From contig DMZH01000002.1 of NCBI GenBank assembly GCA_003484955.1, forward strand, positions 145,700 to 209,699: a stretch of 64,000 nt of DNA. The letters run 5' to 3'. The translations under genes were made by a program, and so were the position numbers. Of this stretch, positions 36,568-46,323 are shown one piece after another; the first letter of the stretch is position 1; the number at the start of each line of letters is the position of its first letter. Below the pieces are notes generated by a model. The model was not told where the DNA came from, made no database searches, and saw nothing but the letters and a program-made list of their open reading frames with translations. This DNA comes from Candidatus Woesebacteria bacterium. GTDB taxonomy: Bacteria > Patescibacteriota > Microgenomatia > UBA8517.

Positions 36568-37134
36568 TTATCTGGGTAAAATTAGAATGTTTCCCGTATG
36601 AATTATATTAGGGTTATCTAATTCGTTTACCTCTGCAATTTCAGTCCATCTGAAACCATCTCCATAGGCTCTGACTGCTATATTCCACAGGCTGTCTCCT
36701 TTAACTACTGTGTAGGTCTCGCTTGTTATCGGCGATTCTTGTAAAACAGTTTGAGATTCAGATTCCTCTGTTGTTGTAGGTTCGTTTGGTGTGACATCAT
36801 CAGGTAAGATTAACTTTTGTCCAATCTCAATATTATCTGTCTCTAAATTATTGGCACTTTTTATGTCTACCCAGTTATATCCGGAACCATACGAATTTTC
36901 TGCAATCGACCATAGTGTTTCACCTTCTACTACAGTGTGTTCGTTAATAGCTGATGTCTGGGTTGAGTCTACCGTAATACTGCCGTTTCCCTTGTCTTTA
37001 AAGTAATTTACAACCAAGACTCCAACTATAACAAGAACAATTGCCCCTAAGATCATGCTAATATTTTCCTCGTTAAGTTTTATTTGTTTGAGAAGTTTTT
37101 TTAGTTGAAAACTGTTATTTTGATCAAATTTCAA
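36568..37134 (-). CDS. LysM domain protein (N-terminal TM anchor, two LysM repeats)
   Basis: LysM repeats at TVVEGETLWSIAENSYGSGYNWVDIKSANNL...IGQKLILP and YTVVKGDSLWNIAVRAYGDGFRWTEIAEVNEL...TGNILILP. Confidence 0.7.
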   Translation of the reverse strand: MKFDQNNSFQLKKLLKQIKLNEENISMILGAIVLVIVGVLVVNYFKDKGNGSITVDSTQTSAINEHTVVEGETLWSIAENSYGSGYNWVDIKSANNLETDNIEIGQKLILPDDVTPNEPTTTEESESQTVLQESPITSETYTVVKGDSLWNIAVRAYGDGFRWTEIAEVNELDNPNIIHTGNILILPR

Positions 37135-37225
37135 ATTTATTCACCTTCTTTCCGAAGGGCAGAGTTAGGCTGAATGTAGAGGAAGAAACGAATGAAGTCA
37201 ATAGGAAAATAATAATATTATTGGG

Positions 37226-37489
37226 CGGGATCGACGAGATTCGGACTCGCAACCTCTTCCGTGCACCTTTTTGTTTCCAAAAAGTTTGGACTATCTCATC
37301 ATCCTAAAAATAGGAGCCAGGTATATAGTCTCTACACATTTACTACGTTCACATAAACTGAACGCAGCTTTAGCTCGGGATTGCCATCTTAAAGGTTTCC
37401 CCGAATTAGCCTGGTTTTACATTCCAGATCACTCTGGAACGCTGCCACAATCGACAGGGAAGCGCTCTAGCCAGTTGAGCTACGACCCC
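37226..37489 (-). tRNA. Split tRNA gene, probably tRNA-Asp(GTC), with a ~190-nt intervening sequence (putative intron) in the anticodon loop
   Basis: The 5' half (37458-37489) is GGGGTCG-TA-GCTC-AACTGGCTA-GAGC-G-CTTCC, followed by loop nts CTGT.... The 3' half (37226-37260) is GGAAG-AGGTT-GCGAG-TCCGAAT-CTCGT-CGATCCC-G. The halves pair into a canonical cloverleaf only if 37261-37457 is removed. The predicted mature loop is CTGTCAC, and the intervening sequence ends in G. Confidence 0.5.
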
Positions 37490-37501
37490 AATACACGTAT
37501 T

Positions 37502-37912
37502 TTACCAGTAATAGTCTTTAGCCGCAATTACACCTTTTTCTTGGTTATTTTTTGATTTTTCTATTCTTATACTTAGTTTCTTTTTACCAACAAAAATAGC
37601 TTTTGGGAAAAAGCATAATTTATCAATTTTTGGAATATACACGATCAGGGCGTCAACCTCATTTTTCTTGTATGTATAAGTATTTTTTCTTCTGTCAACA
37701 TACTCAAGTTTTACAACAACAGATCCATGCGTATTTGAAGGTTTTCCGTTGGCATATTTTACTTGTAAGCGGGAGAGACGAAGACCATCATCAATAATTA
37801 AATCATATCGGGCATCAAACAAAGGTCTGCTGGGCAAATATCCCAATTCAAATGCTCTTAACTCGGCCTTACTTACGGCCAATTGTCCTTTTGTGTTGGT
37901 GGTTGTCTTCAT
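37502..37912 (-). CDS. Hypothetical protein, possible PD-(D/E)xK (Hjc-like) nuclease fold
   Basis: Weak E...YDLIID...LQVKY pattern (E-D-QxK); 136 aa. Confidence 0.25.
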   Translation of the reverse strand: MKTTTNTKGQLAVSKAELRAFELGYLPSRPLFDARYDLIIDDGLRLSRLQVKYANGKPSNTHGSVVVKLEYVDRRKNTYTYKKNEVDALIVYIPKIDKLCFFPKAIFVGKKKLSIRIEKSKNNQEKGVIAAKDYYW

Positions 37913-37976
37913 ATATAAACTTTAATATAAATTATGACTATGTGCAAGCTAGGTACATTCTATTTACTCTATTTGT

Positions 37977-39716
37977 GTGTTAGGATTTTTGCATACGGAA
38001 GTGCAAAACAATTTAACCAACCTCCAAATCGCTGAGCTTCTTAGAGATGTAGCCGCATCATATCAGTTGAGAGATAAAGATAAGTATAAATTTCAGATAA
38101 TTGCCTACGAACGAGCGGCCGACGCAGTCGAACACGCCAGTTCCGAGCTTAAAGACCTTTGGGATGATGGGAAACTTGAAGATGTTCCCGGCATTGGGCC
38201 GAGTATAGCTGAGCATTTGGGTGAACTCTTCAAAACAGGACACTCCAAACATTTTGATAGTCTTATGAAAGATATTCCCGCCGATGCCTTTAAACTTATG
38301 GAACTGCCCGGAATCGGAATCAAAACAGCCATGAAAATGATTAAAGCAGGAAACCCTAAAGAAGTTAGGGAAAAATTAAAAGAAGTCGCCGAAAAGGAGA
38401 AAAAGGGAAAACGCCACCTTTTGCCCTACGCTGCCACGGTGGCCCATGAAGTAATGGAGTATTTATCAGAAAACCCTGCCACCATGCGTGTGGACCCTCT
38501 AGGAAGCCTCAGACGTCAGGCATCTACCATCGGTGACATTGATATTGCCGTAGCCACGAATGATCCTGTAGCGGTGATTGATTATTTTACTAAATATCCA
38601 AAATCTCAAAAAATGATAGAAAAAGGCGAGCACACAGCTTCAATTCTCCTTCCGGGAGGGATCCAGGTTGATTTAATGACCCAACCAATTGAATCTTACG
38701 GCTCACTATTACAGCATTTTACAGGATCAAAACATCACAACATAGCTCTACGTGAGCTGGCTCTCAAAAAAGGATTGAGCCTTTCCGAATACGGTATACG
38801 CAAATCACAAGAGCCAAATTCAAAGATCCAAAAGTTTAAAACCGAGGAAGAGTTCTATAAATATTTAAGGCTTGACTATATAGAACCGGAACTAAGGGAA
38901 GATACAGGAGAAATTGAATCGGCCAAGGAGCATAAATTACCAAACTTGGTTGAATTAGGTGAAGTCAAAAGCGATCTTCAAATTCATTCTAGCTTTGATA
39001 TAGAAACAAGCCATGATCTGGGCGAAAGCAGCATAGAGGAAATTACCAAGAAGGCTAGTGAGTTAAGGTACGAATACATTGCTTTTACGGAACACAATCC
39101 CAGCCAGAAAGGACATAATGATTCCCAGATCGTGGAAATACTCAAAAGAAAGCGTGAAAACATTGATAAAATTAATTACTCATTAAAGAATAGGCATGTA
39201 AGTAGTATACAAAAAGTATTCAATAGCCTTGAAATTGATATTCTGTCAGACGGTAGCCTACCTGTTCCCGAACAAGGGTTGGAACTTTTAGATTTTGCTC
39301 TTGTCTCCATTCACTCAAGTTTCAATTTGGAAAAAGATCTAATGACCAAGCGGGTTTTAACTGCTTTGACTCACCCTAAAGTACGCATATTTGCCCATCC
39401 AACAGCCAGAAAACTTAATGAAAGGGAGGGGGTTGAGCTTAATTGGCCCGAAATTTTTGACTTTTGCCTCAAAAATAATAAATGGATAGAAATAAACTGC
39501 GATCCGATGAGACTGGATCTGCCGGATAATCTAGTTCGTGAGGCTGTGAAACTTGGTGTGAAAATGACTTTTGGTACCGATGCTCACCATAAAGACGGAA
39601 TGGATAACATGACTTTTGGAGTTTCTGTTGCAAGACGGGGTTGGTGTGAAGCCCGTGATATAATAAATACTCGAAGTTTAGTTGAGTTTGAGAAATTATT
39701 GAAAGAAGGTGAATAA
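37977..39716 (+). CDS. polX: DNA polymerase X family protein with a C-terminal PHP domain
   Basis: HhH motifs VPGIGPSIAEHL and LPGIGIKTAMKMI, the Pol beta nucleotidyltransferase motif IGDIDIAVATNDP, and C-terminal PHP histidines (HSSFD..., FTEHNP...). Confidence 0.75.
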   Translation: MLGFLHTEVQNNLTNLQIAELLRDVAASYQLRDKDKYKFQIIAYERAADAVEHASSELKDLWDDGKLEDVPGIGPSIAEHLGELFKTGHSKHFDSLMKDIPADAFKLMELPGIGIKTAMKMIKAGNPKEVREKLKEVAEKEKKGKRHLLPYAATVAHEVMEYLSENPATMRVDPLGSLRRQASTIGDIDIAVATNDPVAVIDYFTKYPKSQKMIEKGEHTASILLPGGIQVDLMTQPIESYGSLLQHFTGSKHHNIALRELALKKGLSLSEYGIRKSQEPNSKIQKFKTEEEFYKYLRLDYIEPELREDTGEIESAKEHKLPNLVELGEVKSDLQIHSSFDIETSHDLGESSIEEITKKASELRYEYIAFTEHNPSQKGHNDSQIVEILKRKRENIDKINYSLKNRHVSSIQKVFNSLEIDILSDGSLPVPEQGLELLDFALVSIHSSFNLEKDLMTKRVLTALTHPKVRIFAHPTARKLNEREGVELNWPEIFDFCLKNNKWIEINCDPMRLDLPDNLVREAVKLGVKMTFGTDAHHKDGMDNMTFGVSVARRGWCEARDIINTRSLVEFEKLLKEGE

Positions 39717-39719
39717 ACG

Positions 39720-40301
39720 ATGATATATATACTTGTGGCAATTTTAATAATATTAGTTTTTTGGATAATCTCTGTTTACAACTTTTTTGTTAGCACCAAG
39801 ACCAGGGTGGGCGCGGCAATTCAGGAAATTGGCAATCAACTTAAAAGACAATTTGAACTTATTCCGAATTTGGAATCTTCCGCTAAAGGATATTTGATCC
39901 ACGAAAAAGGTATTTTTGACGAGTTGACAAACGCGAGAAAAGCAATTTCTTCTGCGATGAACTCGGGGGACTTGAAAAAAATGACTGATGCCGGAAAGAT
40001 GCTTTCCGACCTCTTACCTAAAATTCAGGTGGTTGTTGAAGACAATCCTGAGATAAAGGCCAGCGAGGTGGTCAAAAACTTAATGGATGAGCTAAGGGAC
40101 ACGTCGGACAAAGTCATGTATGCAAGGCGCCTTCTTATAGATCTGACGGCAGATTATAATGTCAAAATGGTTTCATTTCCAAGTAACGTAATTGCAGGTA
40201 TTTTCCGCTTTGAAAAATTAAAAGGGTTGGAAACACCTGTTGACGGAGACGAGTTAAAAGTTGGAAAAGAGGAAATGGAAACCCCAAAAATTAATCTCTG
40301 A
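39720..40301 (+). CDS. lemA: LemA family protein
   Basis: N-terminal TM segment and VSTKTRVGAAIQEIGNQLKRQFELIPNL, typical of LemA. Confidence 0.65.
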   Translation: MIYILVAILIILVFWIISVYNFFVSTKTRVGAAIQEIGNQLKRQFELIPNLESSAKGYLIHEKGIFDELTNARKAISSAMNSGDLKKMTDAGKMLSDLLPKIQVVVEDNPEIKASEVVKNLMDELRDTSDKVMYARRLLIDLTADYNVKMVSFPSNVIAGIFRFEKLKGLETPVDGDELKVGKEEMETPKINL

Positions 40302-40326
40302 TTAATTTTGAAATTCTAATTGATCT

Positions 40327-41256
40327 GTGAGAAATATTTACGAAGTTCAAAAGTCCAATAAGATCAAGAGTGCGGTTGTTGTCGCTCTTTTTGTTGTGTT
40401 TGTTGCTTTAGCCACCTACGTTTTGGCCAAAGCTATGAGTATTTATTTTGGATATGAACCGGGCCAGCTGGGATTTGTGGGCGTTGCCTTGATTGTTTCG
40501 GGAATTTCCAGTTTTGTCGGTTATTATTTTTCCGACCAGATTGTTTTGGGAATTTCAGGAGCAAGACCCGCAGACAGGAAAAAGGATTTTCTTTTTTATA
40601 CAGTTGCCGAGAACCTATCCATAGGAGTTGGGATTCCGGTTCCTAAGCTTTACGTAATAGCTGATTCTGCACCGAATGCTTTTGCGACAGGTAGAGACCC
40701 GGTTCACGCTGCGGTTTGCGCAACATCCGGGCTTTTGGAAAAATTAAACCGAACTGAGCTGGAAGGGGTGGTTGCCCATGAAATAACCCATGTCAGAAAT
40801 TATGACACAAGGCTGATGTCTGTTGTTTCTGTAATGGTCGGTCTTATAGCACTTTTGGGCGACTGGCTTTTAAGGGCAACCTGGTTTGGTGGAAGAAGAA
40901 ACAATAACGACAGAGACAGCGGAAGCTCAATTTTTCTGGTTTTAGGAATAATTTTTGCCATTCTGTCCCCGATTATCGGACAACTCATTCAGTTGGCAAT
41001 TTCCAGACGTCGTGAATTTTTTGCAGATGCGGGATCGGTTGAGCTGACAAGGCAACCCAGCGGTTTAATCTCTGCATTAACTAAAATCTCAGCCGACAGC
41101 GAACCTTTGGAAGTTGCAAATAAAGCCACAGCACATCTTTATATTTGCAGTCCCTTTAAGGCCAAAGGTCGCGGAAGCGCCAGTTGGTTTGCAAATCTTT
41201 TTAACACACACCCGCCGATTGCAGAACGCATAAAAATCTTGAAAGGGATGGCTTAA
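40327..41256 (+). CDS. htpX: M48 family zinc metalloprotease HtpX
   Basis: HEITHVRNYD (HExxH) and FFADAGSVELT, with four TM segments. Confidence 0.75.
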   Translation: MRNIYEVQKSNKIKSAVVVALFVVFVALATYVLAKAMSIYFGYEPGQLGFVGVALIVSGISSFVGYYFSDQIVLGISGARPADRKKDFLFYTVAENLSIGVGIPVPKLYVIADSAPNAFATGRDPVHAAVCATSGLLEKLNRTELEGVVAHEITHVRNYDTRLMSVVSVMVGLIALLGDWLLRATWFGGRRNNNDRDSGSSIFLVLGIIFAILSPIIGQLIQLAISRRREFFADAGSVELTRQPSGLISALTKISADSEPLEVANKATAHLYICSPFKAKGRGSASWFANLFNTHPPIAERIKILKGMA

Positions 41257-41299
41257 ACTTCTTGTTAAAAATTCTATTTGGCGATATTATTACGAGAGT

Positions 41300-41611
41300 A
41301 TGGTAAAGCTCACAAAAGAGGACGTTTTGCATGTTGCCAAACTCGCAAAGTTAGACTTGGTAGAAGCAGAAATTGAAAGATTTACGCCACAACTTTCTAA
41401 CGTAATTAATCACTTCAGTGAACTTTTGGAAGTTGACACAGGAGACACCGAACCGACAAGCCAGACAACAAGACTTGAGAATGTTTACCGTGAGGATAAA
41501 GTAGCTGTTGAAGGGTCCTTAAGCGCTGAGGAAGCAATTTCAGGATCCGACAAAATTCACAACGGTTATTTTAAAGTCAAGGCTATTTTGGAAGGAAGAA
41601 CGGATAAATAG
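41300..41611 (+). CDS. gatC: Glu/Asp-tRNA amidotransferase subunit C
   Basis: LTKEDVLHVAKLAKLDLVEAEIERFTPQLSNVINHFSEL. Confidence 0.75.
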   Translation: MVKLTKEDVLHVAKLAKLDLVEAEIERFTPQLSNVINHFSELLEVDTGDTEPTSQTTRLENVYREDKVAVEGSLSAEEAISGSDKIHNGYFKVKAILEGRTDK

Positions 41612-41620
41612 ATTTTATTT

Positions 41621-43033
41621 ATGAAAAACACGAAAGACATCCCGCTGACAATTAAGGAAACACAGGAAGGCCTTTTAAAGAAAAAGTTCTCGGCAATGGA
41701 GCTGGTCGATGCCTATCTTGGAAAAATAGACGAAGAGAAAGACCTAAACGCGTATATAACAATTTGCGATGATGAGGCTTATAAAAAAGCCGGAGAGGTA
41801 GATAAACTTATTGCGAATAACTCTTTAGATTTTTCGGAAAACTTTCCTCTTTTGGGTGCGACGATAGGCCATAAAGATTTATTTTTGACCAAGGGTATAA
41901 GAACAACAGCAGCCTCCAAAGTACTTAATGGCTATGTTCCTGCCTATTCCGCAACCGCCGTTGCCAGAATGGAAAAAGCAGGAGGAATAATTTTGGGAAA
42001 AACAAATTGTGATGCTTGGGCGCATGGGGCAAGCGGAGAAAATTCCGATTTCGGACCAACCAAGAACCCGTGGAATAAAAAGTTTGTTCCGGGAGGATCC
42101 AGCAGTGGCTCCGCAGTCTCCGTTGCAGCAGGTCTTTCCCTGATTGCCACAGGAACGGATACGGGAGGTTCCATCAGACAGCCTGCCAATTTTTGCGGAG
42201 TGGTTGGCCTTAAACCTACTTACGGAGCTGTTTCAAGGTACGGAATAATTGCCATGGCTTCGTCTCTTGACTCGGTCGGGAATTTCGGAAAGAGTGTGGC
42301 CGATGTTGAGACGGTTTTTAACGTAACTAAAGGTGAGGATGGACGGGACAGCACCGTCAAGAATGCAGAGTTTATTAAGCCAAAAGGCAAAATAAAAATA
42401 GGTATCCCTAAAGAATATTTTGTAGAAGGAGTGGATAAAGAGGTTGCCGAAAGCGTGATTAAAGTATCCAAGGTTTTTGAGAAGGCAGGAATTGAACTTA
42501 GAGAAATCAGCCTTCCCCACACCAAATATGCCATATCTGTTTATTACATCGTTCAGCCCGCAGAGGTTTCCTCGAATCTCGGAAGATATGACGGAATAAG
42601 ATATGGAAATCCCCGCGCGGATTTCGGAGCCGAGGCAAAAAGAAGAATTATGCTTGGAACCTATGTTTTATCTGCAGGCTATTACGACGCCTTTTATCTT
42701 AAGGCTCAGAAAGTCAGGTCTAAGCTGATCGGGGATTTTGAAGCCGCTTTTGAAACAGTTGATGCAATTTTGGCGCCTGTTTCGCCCACCCCGGCATTTA
42801 AACTCGGAGAAAAGGCCTCGGATCCTCTTAAAATGTATTTGGCCGATATTTTTACGGCACCGGCAAACCTTGCCGGAATTCCGGGGCTTTCCATTCCCTC
42901 GGGTTTTAATGAAGGGGGACTTCCTTTAGGATTTCAGCTTTTGGGTCCCAGATTTTCAGAGCCTGTTCTATTCGAGTTGGGAAAACTATACGAGAAGGAA
43001 ACCGATTATAAAGCGATATTGCCAAACCTTTAA
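41621..43033 (+). CDS. gatA: Glu/Asp-tRNA amidotransferase subunit A (amidase signature family)
   Basis: GGSSSGSAVSVAAG amidase signature; 470 aa. Confidence 0.8.
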   Translation: MKNTKDIPLTIKETQEGLLKKKFSAMELVDAYLGKIDEEKDLNAYITICDDEAYKKAGEVDKLIANNSLDFSENFPLLGATIGHKDLFLTKGIRTTAASKVLNGYVPAYSATAVARMEKAGGIILGKTNCDAWAHGASGENSDFGPTKNPWNKKFVPGGSSSGSAVSVAAGLSLIATGTDTGGSIRQPANFCGVVGLKPTYGAVSRYGIIAMASSLDSVGNFGKSVADVETVFNVTKGEDGRDSTVKNAEFIKPKGKIKIGIPKEYFVEGVDKEVAESVIKVSKVFEKAGIELREISLPHTKYAISVYYIVQPAEVSSNLGRYDGIRYGNPRADFGAEAKRRIMLGTYVLSAGYYDAFYLKAQKVRSKLIGDFEAAFETVDAILAPVSPTPAFKLGEKASDPLKMYLADIFTAPANLAGIPGLSIPSGFNEGGLPLGFQLLGPRFSEPVLFELGKLYEKETDYKAILPNL

Positions 43034-43035
43034 AT

Positions 43036-44280
43036 ATGCTACGCGACTACAAATCTGTAATTAAAAATAAAAAATTCAAATATATCTGGATTTCTCAGAT
43101 ATTTTCTCAGCTGACAATAAACATTATGAACTTTGTGCTTTTGATCCGGCTTTTTGAAGTTACGGGTTCGGCAATCTCAACGTCGCTTTTATGGGTAGCC
43201 TATGCACTTCCCGCAATTTTAGTAGGGCCTTTTGCGTCAGCAGTGGTTGACCTTGTTGATAAAAGAAAAATGCTCATTTTTACAAATCTTTTTCAGGCTC
43301 TGGTAATACTGATTTTTGGCTTTGCCGCAAATTCCAGCATTTTCTTTCTATATGAAGTAGTTTTCCTTTATTCTTTATTAAACCAATTCTATGTCCCGTC
43401 CGAAACTTCCACTCTGGCATTTGTTTTGAAAAAGGATAAATTAGTTCATGGCAACAGCCTTTTTTTCATAACTCAGCAGGGCTCTTTGGTTGTGGGCTTT
43501 GCTTTGGCTGGCCTTCTTAACGCATTTCTAGGATTTAATAACACAATATTTTTGTGCTCAGCATTCCTTTTCATTGCTTTTCTTAGCACACTATTTTTAC
43601 CGAGCTTAAAATCCGAAAATGAAATCCCCAAGGGATTTGAAACTGCCGTTTTTGGTTTCTTTAAACATATAAGCAACGGCTACGCCTTTATAAAAAGTGA
43701 AAGAAAAGTGCTGACTCCCGTACTTCTTCTCATCGGATTTCAGGTTGCACTGCAGGTTGTAATTGTTCAATTCCCAACCTTGGCAAAAAATATTTTAAAC
43801 ATTCCTCTAAACAGCGCCGGAATATACATGCTGGTGCCCGCAGGGATTGGGGCGGTTTTTGGGGCTCTTTTTATACCCAAAATTTTGAAAAGAGATGTAA
43901 GAAAGAAAACACTCATCGATATCGCTCTGTTGGCAATGGCCATATCGCTGATATTTTTGACTTTTGTCATTCCGCTTTTTAGCTACATTGTCAGATTTAT
44001 ACTCTCATTCCTTTCGGTAGTGGTTATAGGGTTCAGCTTTGTTGCAATTCTGGTTCCCTCACAGACATTTCTACAGGAATCAACCCCGTCGGAACTCAGA
44101 GGCAGGGTTTTCGGTAATTTCTCTTTTCTGGTAATAACGGTATCTGTGCTGCCGGTTGTATTTTCCGGATCGATAGTTGAAATATTCGGTATCAAGTCTC
44201 TGTTGCTTTTACTGTCCGTTTTTATTTTTGTAGTTTATGGATTTTCCAAAAAGTTTGGTGATAGATTTTTGGCAGGATAA
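43036..44280 (+). CDS. MFS transporter
   Basis: 12 predicted TM helices; inserted between gatA and gatB. Confidence 0.5.
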   Translation: MLRDYKSVIKNKKFKYIWISQIFSQLTINIMNFVLLIRLFEVTGSAISTSLLWVAYALPAILVGPFASAVVDLVDKRKMLIFTNLFQALVILIFGFAANSSIFFLYEVVFLYSLLNQFYVPSETSTLAFVLKKDKLVHGNSLFFITQQGSLVVGFALAGLLNAFLGFNNTIFLCSAFLFIAFLSTLFLPSLKSENEIPKGFETAVFGFFKHISNGYAFIKSERKVLTPVLLLIGFQVALQVVIVQFPTLAKNILNIPLNSAGIYMLVPAGIGAVFGALFIPKILKRDVRKKTLIDIALLAMAISLIFLTFVIPLFSYIVRFILSFLSVVVIGFSFVAILVPSQTFLQESTPSELRGRVFGNFSFLVITVSVLPVVFSGSIVEIFGIKSLLLLLSVFIFVVYGFSKKFGDRFLAG

Positions 44281-44300
44281 ATTATGATTTTAATAAGATT

Positions 44301-45623
44301 ATGAATAAATTTACACCCATAATCGGCCTTGAGGTACACATTGAGCTTTCAACAAAAAGCAAAATGTTTTGCGGATGTTCCTCCGACCATTTTGGAAAAG
44401 CCCCAAATACGCAGGTTTGTCCAGTATGCCTGGGACTACCTGGAGCGCTTCCCTTTGCCAATAAAGAGGCTGTTACCGCTACCGTCAAATTTGGTCAGGC
44501 TTTTGGATCCCGAATAAACAGTTTCAGCAAATTTGACAGAAAACACTATTTCTACCCAGATTTACCCAAAAGCTACCAGATTTCACAATACGACATGCCG
44601 CTTTGCGTCGGCGGAGCCTTTGAGGACAAAAGGATAAGACGGGTCCATCTTGAGGAGGATACCGGCAAGTTGGTTCACGAAACCATAAATGGAGAAAAAT
44701 CGACACTGATTGACTTTAACAGAAGTTCGGTTCCTCTAATGGAAATGGTAACCGAGCCTGATTTCCACGACACGGTTTCAATTATAAGATTTCTGAAGGA
44801 GGCTCAAATGGTGGCGAGGTACTTGGGGATCAGTAATGCCGATATGGAAAAAGGTTCCATGAGACTTGAAGCAAACATATCTTTAAGCACAGAAGAGGGT
44901 ATTAAAAAAGGAGAGCTTCCCAATTACAAAGTGGAGCTGAAAAATATTAATTCATTCAAGTTCTTGGAAAAAGCAATAAACGCCGAGATTAAAAGACAGG
45001 AAGAAATTTTAACTGCCGGGGGGACTATACATTCGGAAACCCGTGGCTATGACGAAGTGAAGCAAACCACATACTCGCAAAGAAGCAAAGAGGAGGCTAA
45101 AGATTATAGATATTTCCCGGAGCCGGACCTTCCCCCAATGAGATTTACCGATGGGGAAATAGAGGAAATAAAAAACTCTCTTCCGGAACTTCCCAAGGAT
45201 AAAAGGAAAAGGTTTGCTGACAAATATTCGCTGTCCAACGACTACATTGAGATCCTTATTTCCAACCCTGGAAGGTCTTCCTATTTCGAAGAGGCGGTTA
45301 GCCTTGGACAAAATTGGAACCTGTCGGCAAAGTTGATTGCGGATCTGATGATAAATAAAAAGCTTGATTTACAGCACCCCGAACCTGCGGGACTCATTAA
45401 AAAAGTTGTAGAAATTATCAAAGTGGAATATTCCGACGGCAGTGATGTCGAGACAGCCGTAAACGAAGTGGTGGCAGAGGAATCAAAAGCAGTGAAAGAC
45501 TATAATAATGGCAAGGGTGAAGTTGTCGGATTTTTAATGGGCATGGTTCAGAAAAAACTAAAAGGTAAAGGAAATCCGTCCATGGTACGCGAAAAACTCT
45601 TAAATAAATTAAATGAGCGATAA
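44301..45623 (+). CDS. gatB: Glu/Asp-tRNA amidotransferase subunit B
   Basis: PIIGLEVHIELSTKSKMFCGC...CPVCLGLPGALP. Confidence 0.8.
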   Translation: MNKFTPIIGLEVHIELSTKSKMFCGCSSDHFGKAPNTQVCPVCLGLPGALPFANKEAVTATVKFGQAFGSRINSFSKFDRKHYFYPDLPKSYQISQYDMPLCVGGAFEDKRIRRVHLEEDTGKLVHETINGEKSTLIDFNRSSVPLMEMVTEPDFHDTVSIIRFLKEAQMVARYLGISNADMEKGSMRLEANISLSTEEGIKKGELPNYKVELKNINSFKFLEKAINAEIKRQEEILTAGGTIHSETRGYDEVKQTTYSQRSKEEAKDYRYFPEPDLPPMRFTDGEIEEIKNSLPELPKDKRKRFADKYSLSNDYIEILISNPGRSSYFEEAVSLGQNWNLSAKLIADLMINKKLDLQHPEPAGLIKKVVEIIKVEYSDGSDVETAVNEVVAEESKAVKDYNNGKGEVVGFLMGMVQKKLKGKGNPSMVREKLLNKLNER

Positions 45624-46317
45624 AATAACTGAGATTCCAATTCAGGTAGAGAAGCCTTTCCAGCGGGAAGCGGCTAAGGAAGCCAATGAAACAATAGCGA
45701 GTATCCCCGGCGGCTCTACTGTTTTGTCAAACCCGGACTTGGGTGCCGAGATTCTTACAAAGTACGAAAAAGCAGAAGAATTGCAGGCGGAAGCGGAAGA
45801 ATTAAAAGCGGAAAACGTTAGAGACCCCCTCACAGGTGCCTTTAACAGGCGCTTCCTTGACCAACAGCTGGAGCATAAACTTCAAAGCGGACAAAAGATT
45901 TCTTTGATCATGGTGGATGTAGACCATTTTAAAGAATTTAACGATACCTACGGCCATAAAAACGGCGACAGGCTTCTCATCGAACTGGTAAGAACCCTAT
46001 CCGCCCGCCTAAGGCTTACCCGCCTGAACGGAGAAAAGGATTTTATAGCCCGCTATGGGGGAGAGGAATTTGCAATAATACTTTCTAATGTAAATGATTC
46101 GGACACAGCCAAAAATGTAGCCGAAAATCTTAGACAAATGGTTGCCGGTTTGAAATTTAGTATCGATGAAAAACCAACAGCCAAAAAAACAGTAAGCATG
46201 GGGGTGGCGGTCAGCAGAGATAACGATACCCCTGAAAATCTAGTAGTCAGGGCAGATAAGGCTTTATACAAAGCAAAAGACAATGGACGTAATTGTGTCG
46301 AGGCAGAGCCAGCTTAA
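45613..46317 (+). CDS. GGDEF-domain diguanylate cyclase (no obvious sensor domain)
   Basis: Active-site RYGGEEF, inhibitory-site-like context, and an N-terminal coiled coil. Confidence 0.7.
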   Translation: MSDKITEIPIQVEKPFQREAAKEANETIASIPGGSTVLSNPDLGAEILTKYEKAEELQAEAEELKAENVRDPLTGAFNRRFLDQQLEHKLQSGQKISLIMVDVDHFKEFNDTYGHKNGDRLLIELVRTLSARLRLTRLNGEKDFIARYGGEEFAIILSNVNDSDTAKNVAENLRQMVAGLKFSIDEKPTAKKTVSMGVAVSRDNDTPENLVVRADKALYKAKDNGRNCVEAEPA

Positions 46318-46323
46318 TTATGT

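Noticed and set aside
37271-37555. 94-aa plus-strand ORF ending ...SSQLSYDP
   Set aside because: It spans the split tRNA-Asp gene on the opposite strand. SQLSYDP is the translation of the tRNA D-arm and acceptor, so the ORF is spurious.
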